DNA of 41,806 nt from Bugula neritina (lineage: Eukaryota; Animalia; Bryozoa), in contig CAXIUT010000032.1 of NCBI GenBank assembly GCA_964035545.1, forward strand, positions 32,694 through 74,499, read 5' to 3'. Positions 37,894 through 41,806 of this stretch are shown here, one piece after another. The notes below the pieces were generated by a model. The model saw only the letters and a program-made list of their open reading frames with translations, did no database searches and had not been told where the DNA came from. How positions within the stretch are numbered: the stretch's first letter is position 1; each line of letters starts with the position of its first letter. The translations under genes and the position numbers were made by a program.

Positions 37894-39899
37894 ATGGGAA
37901 ACTAAAATACAAGTCCTCTTCAGCAAAAACCAGTCGAAATAGCACAAAATACATAAGAAATATACAAAGTTATCACCAATCGCTTTCTCTCCTCACAAAT
38001 CTACAAAGGAAAACCTCCTCAAGGATGGATCACACCCATTCAAAAGCAAACCAATCTCTCAAACTCATCTCTTGGAGCAAGCAACACTAGAGATGCTTTA
38101 ACTGACAGCTCATCGTAACTGAAAGACAGTCGATCAGGCACTAAAATACTAAATATTGTTGAACCTTAACAAGTATCCTATCCTCAAAGTTGTATAGGAT
38201 ATATTTAGATGTAGGAATAGGGGAAGATAATAATGACTGGAAGTGCATTTTTGGTTGGTCCTAGGACAGTACTAACTTGTGCTCATAACTGTATGAAAGT
38301 TGATGGTCATAAGTAGTATTCTTCTTTACATTTTTGTATCAAAAATGATGAAGAAACAGTCAGGATAAAGGTTAAAAAAGTACACTACCTAGACGGATGG
38401 TATCAATAAAAGCTGCCATAAGCATAAAACCATTTTGATTTTGCAGCTATCGAACTCTAAAAGAATATGGATCAAAATTATGGCTATATAGGAATGGCAT
38501 TCTAATTCTAACAGCTAAATCCTAGTACCAATATCACAATCATGAGTTACAATTCAGCATAAATACCATAACTTAGTGTTATGTAGACCAAATTAAGTGC
38601 AAATAGTGCTAAAATAATGAGTTTCAATGGTAGAGTCAATTCTAAAAGTTATGGAGCCCCATTATTAGTACAAAAAGACGGACAATGGCTTGCTTTTGGC
38701 ATCTGTCTCGCTCAAGATCAATCAGACAATTCAATCAGCAGAGGTTATAAACTATCCAAGCAAATATTCTAACTTCTCAATGCTACCTTTTCACAAGCAA
38801 TCGGTCTTGTCAATCTAAGTATAAATATAATTATCAAGAATATCGATGGATAAGCAACTAGAAAATGGAAAGAGTAATGAGATAAAAATATCAATTAGTC
38901 ACAAATTTAATTTTATAAGGCAATCGTATAGGACCTTCAGGAGTTGCTTATTTAGCCAATGGAGGATGGACAGAACTCACATACATCAATCTAGGTACTA
39001 TTAATAGTAGTTTCAGCCAACAACAACATCTAAGACAGTGGATTTGAAACTCTAACAACAGGCAAATGGTCAAAACTCAACACTCTTATGGTAGGTAAAT
39101 CAGACTGAATATAGGAAACAATGTGATAACCTCACAAAGCTTGCAGTATCTCAAAAATACCAACTGGACAGAACTATCTACTCTATCTATTTGTACCAGA
39201 TATTGCTATCATAGGTGAAAACAAGATAAAAAACAAAGGATTTGAAGCAATAGTTAACGGACCATGGACCAATATGACTAATTTGAACCTAAGTATCTAT
39301 CATTTTAAACACAGATCAAACTCATATCAATTGGGAAGCAATCAAAATGCTAGTTTAAGCCGGTTATACCAATCTCGAAGTCTTGGATATAGGTTATTTA
39401 TGATCATAATATAGGATCAAATAGAATTAGAGAATAAGGACTGAAATGGCTAGCCAAAGGAAACTGGTCTGACCTACATACTTTAGGATTAAGTAAAAAT
39501 ATCGATTACTAAAGACTAAAGTAGCATTACTGATGGAGGAATCGACCATTTGATCTCATCAAAATGGAATTATTTGAAAATAATCGATCTTTGTACTTAT
39601 ATTCTAACAACAGCTAGAAACCACTTGACTCATGTTGGACTGCAAAGCTTATTGAGATGCAACTGGCGAAAAATAAAAGATCTTAACCTAAGTATAAATA
39701 TTTTAATACGAGGATAGAACAAGATAACAATGGTCGGAGTAAGTGCGATGACAAGTGCCAGTTGGATAGCTCTATAGTAAGTTGATCTAAGTAATGATGA
39801 TATGAATTAGGATGGAACCAGTTGAGCGAAGGAGATCGTGAGGCTTTGAAGAAGATGCTAGGAAAATCATTTCCTAACATGAAGAGAATGTACATGTGA
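37894..39899 (+). CDS. Trypsin-like (V8-type) protease-fold domain fused to a 26-aa LRR array; 10 introns
   Basis: MGNENTS start; GSAFLVGPRTVLTCAHN, FDFAAIEL, KSYGAP. Introns at 38819-38838, 38995-39016, 39095-39114, 39193-39214, 39293-39314, 39393-39414, 39493-39514, 39593-39613, 39692-39712, 39791-39810 separate LxxLxLxxNxI repeats. Confidence 0.88.
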
Positions 39900-40129
39900 T
39901 CATCTTCTTCACATCTATTGAATCAAATAATATTAATCTATCAACTTCATAATAATAAGAAATGTATATTTTTCAAAAGATATGACATTAAATCCTTTTC
40001 TATTTCATTAATCAGTCTTAAACATGAGTATAAATAAGAATTAGTTTTTTGAAAGTTTTTAATTTTTAAATATTATGGTAGTCTATTCATTTCTACTTAG
40101 TTAACTGTAATAATATTATTTCCCAACAA

Positions 40130-40951
40130 ATGACTCAGTTAAGCTCAAAGACAGCCCTCCCAGTTGCTCTATCCCATCTCTATCTTCGTAGAACCTCTCT
40201 GTCCTTCCAGCATTTGTTCCTTTGTGATGAGTAGTCAGAAAACGAATCAATCAACATCAAACATTATGATCACTAATGCTAAGCCGTAAGTATAATAAAT
40301 GATTTTTTGAAGACTCGACTTCAAAATAGCCTTCTGAAAGGATTTCATTCAATTATTTCATACCAGGTATCTCATAGTGAGAACATTAAAACCCCTCCAA
40401 AAACTCAAAAAACAGCAGCTGATAAATATAACACTCAGAGAACATACATGAACACCAGTTTAAATGCATCGGAAGTAAGTCCAGGTCTTAAGATACAAAA
40501 TATGGGCAACTCAAGAGAATAGCATTTCGACTTAAACTCACATTAGAACTCTTTTGCAAGGCAGACCAAATCAGCAACTAATCTATCACTACTACTAAAC
40601 CGAGTAAAATAAATAAACAAAAGAAATGACTTCGAATATTCCACCAAACAAAACTACAGTTACCAACATCTGCCCAAAAAATAACAATATCAACACAAAC
40701 TACAAAGAAATCAAACTTACCATCACTATGAATTCCAAAAACCTACCTCCACACCTTAATACAAATATGGTTGTGGATGCAACAAATGGTAAAGCCAACA
40801 GTTTAGTCAAAAAAATACTAGAAGACAATTTATTTTAGATAAATTTAGTAAGATAGAAGACGGAATGAATCAACTTAAAAATAAATAAGGAAATAAATTA
40901 AAAAAACACTTTATGGATATCAGCACCATCAAAAACAAACTCAGATTATGA
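40130..40951 (+). CDS. Hypothetical protein (273 aa)
   Basis: Single TGA-free frame including ORF-track 40307-40522, ending TGA(T). Confidence 0.6.
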
Positions 40952-40957
40952 TCTATT

Positions 40958-41135
40958 TGATATCATTATGTGTATACTATCTATCATTATGCCTATCCTA
41001 TCATTATGCCTATCCTATCTATCATTATTTCTTTTCTATCTATCATTATTCGTATTCTATCCTATCATAATGCGTATATTATCTCTCGTTATGCGTATAA
41101 TATCATATCATATCTCATTATATATATTATCATAT
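40958..41135. repeat. Degenerate tandem repeat of TATCATTATGCCTATCC-like units (17-21 nt)
   Basis: Recurrent TATCATTAT core between convergent genes. Confidence 0.65.
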
Positions 41136-41692
41136 TGAATTAATCATGGGAATGGGAATGGAATTGAAAACCTGGTTGATGATCGTCAGAGTACTCAATA
41201 TAGTAGGAGCCAGCTTGATGACAGCCTTTTCAGTATGGTTCTTTATCGATCTTTTCAGAGATGACTAACTAGATTTCATCTAATTCATTCTCAGAATGTT
41301 CAGTCCCATCTTCGTTGTGTATCCCTATCATCAGCTAGACTCTTTGCCTGTTTAATAATCATGTCAGAATTCAAATATTCAAATGTTATATAAAATTTCA
41401 GGTTTTTGAAGTTTTTACCAGCTCTTGCCATTTTCTATTTATTGTAATTATCTATTAAAAGTAGTATCGGATCAGTGTTCGCCTTTGAATTCAGCACAAC
41501 AGAAGTATAAGAGTAATTATTTTAAATATGTAGAGCTTCATATATTTCTGCTACTATCTTTATCGTACTAGCGCTAATAACAGCCATAGTAGGGTGTCTG
41601 AAGCCATCCGGAATAAACAGCTTACTTTCAGCTTAAGATTGATAGAATTATAGTTATTTAAACAAATTAAATAAAAATAAAGTATTAATCAT
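41130..41692 (-). CDS. Hypothetical subtelomeric protein; one probable indel near 41323; frame is open up to the telomere
   Basis: MINTLFLFNLFKELEFYQSEAESKLFIPDGFRHPTMAVIS... A -1 shift in a G-run gives ...FNSIPIPMINSI-TGA(T). Confidence 0.45.
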
Positions 41693-41719
41693 CGTAATAT
41701 GAATACTATTTATATGATA

Positions 41720-41806
41720 GGGGTTGGGGTTGGGGTTGGGGTTGGGGTTGGGGTTGGGGTTGGGGTTGGGGTTGGGGTTGGGGTTGGGGTTGGGGTTGGG
41801 GTTGGG
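41720..41806 (+). repeat. Terminal macronuclear telomere (TTGGGG)n, 87 nt
   Basis: Perfect G4T2 repeats to the end of the sequence, G-strand running 5'->3' toward the end. Confidence 0.98.

Overview
AT-rich, very gene-dense eukaryotic DNA from a ciliate macronuclear chromosome end. It terminates in a (TTGGGG)n telomere at 41720-41806. The supplied ORF track is fragmented because the window does not use the standard code: conserved motifs in dynein, PIG-A and Rab show that both TAA and TAG encode Glu (peritrich nuclear code, table 30), leaving TGA as the only stop. Re-read in that code, it holds about 28 protein-coding genes. These include an intronless ~12.3-kb dynein-2 heavy chain, GPI8, a TTLL, an epimerase, ELMOD, CEP104-like, a METTL21-like methyltransferase, an HMG-box protein, ISY1, PIG-A, Rab, GST, ARID1-like and a trypsin-like/LRR fusion. 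Introns are tiny GT-AG introns of 20-23 nt. Main observations: (1) 23 of 24 stops I could place are TGA followed by T, suggesting a four-base UGAU termination signal with possible readthrough of other UGAs. (2) Two internal telomere tracts interrupt minus-strand ORFs, one in frame inside PIG-A; both end in the same TTGGG phase as the terminal telomere, and all three sites have an AGTAWT motif ~35 nt upstream, a candidate chromosome-breakage signal. (3) A putatively myristoylated pseudo-protease-LRR gene is built from exact 78-nt exons. Several single-base frameshifts in homopolymers are most likely consensus errors. All translations were done by eye; no database searches were run.
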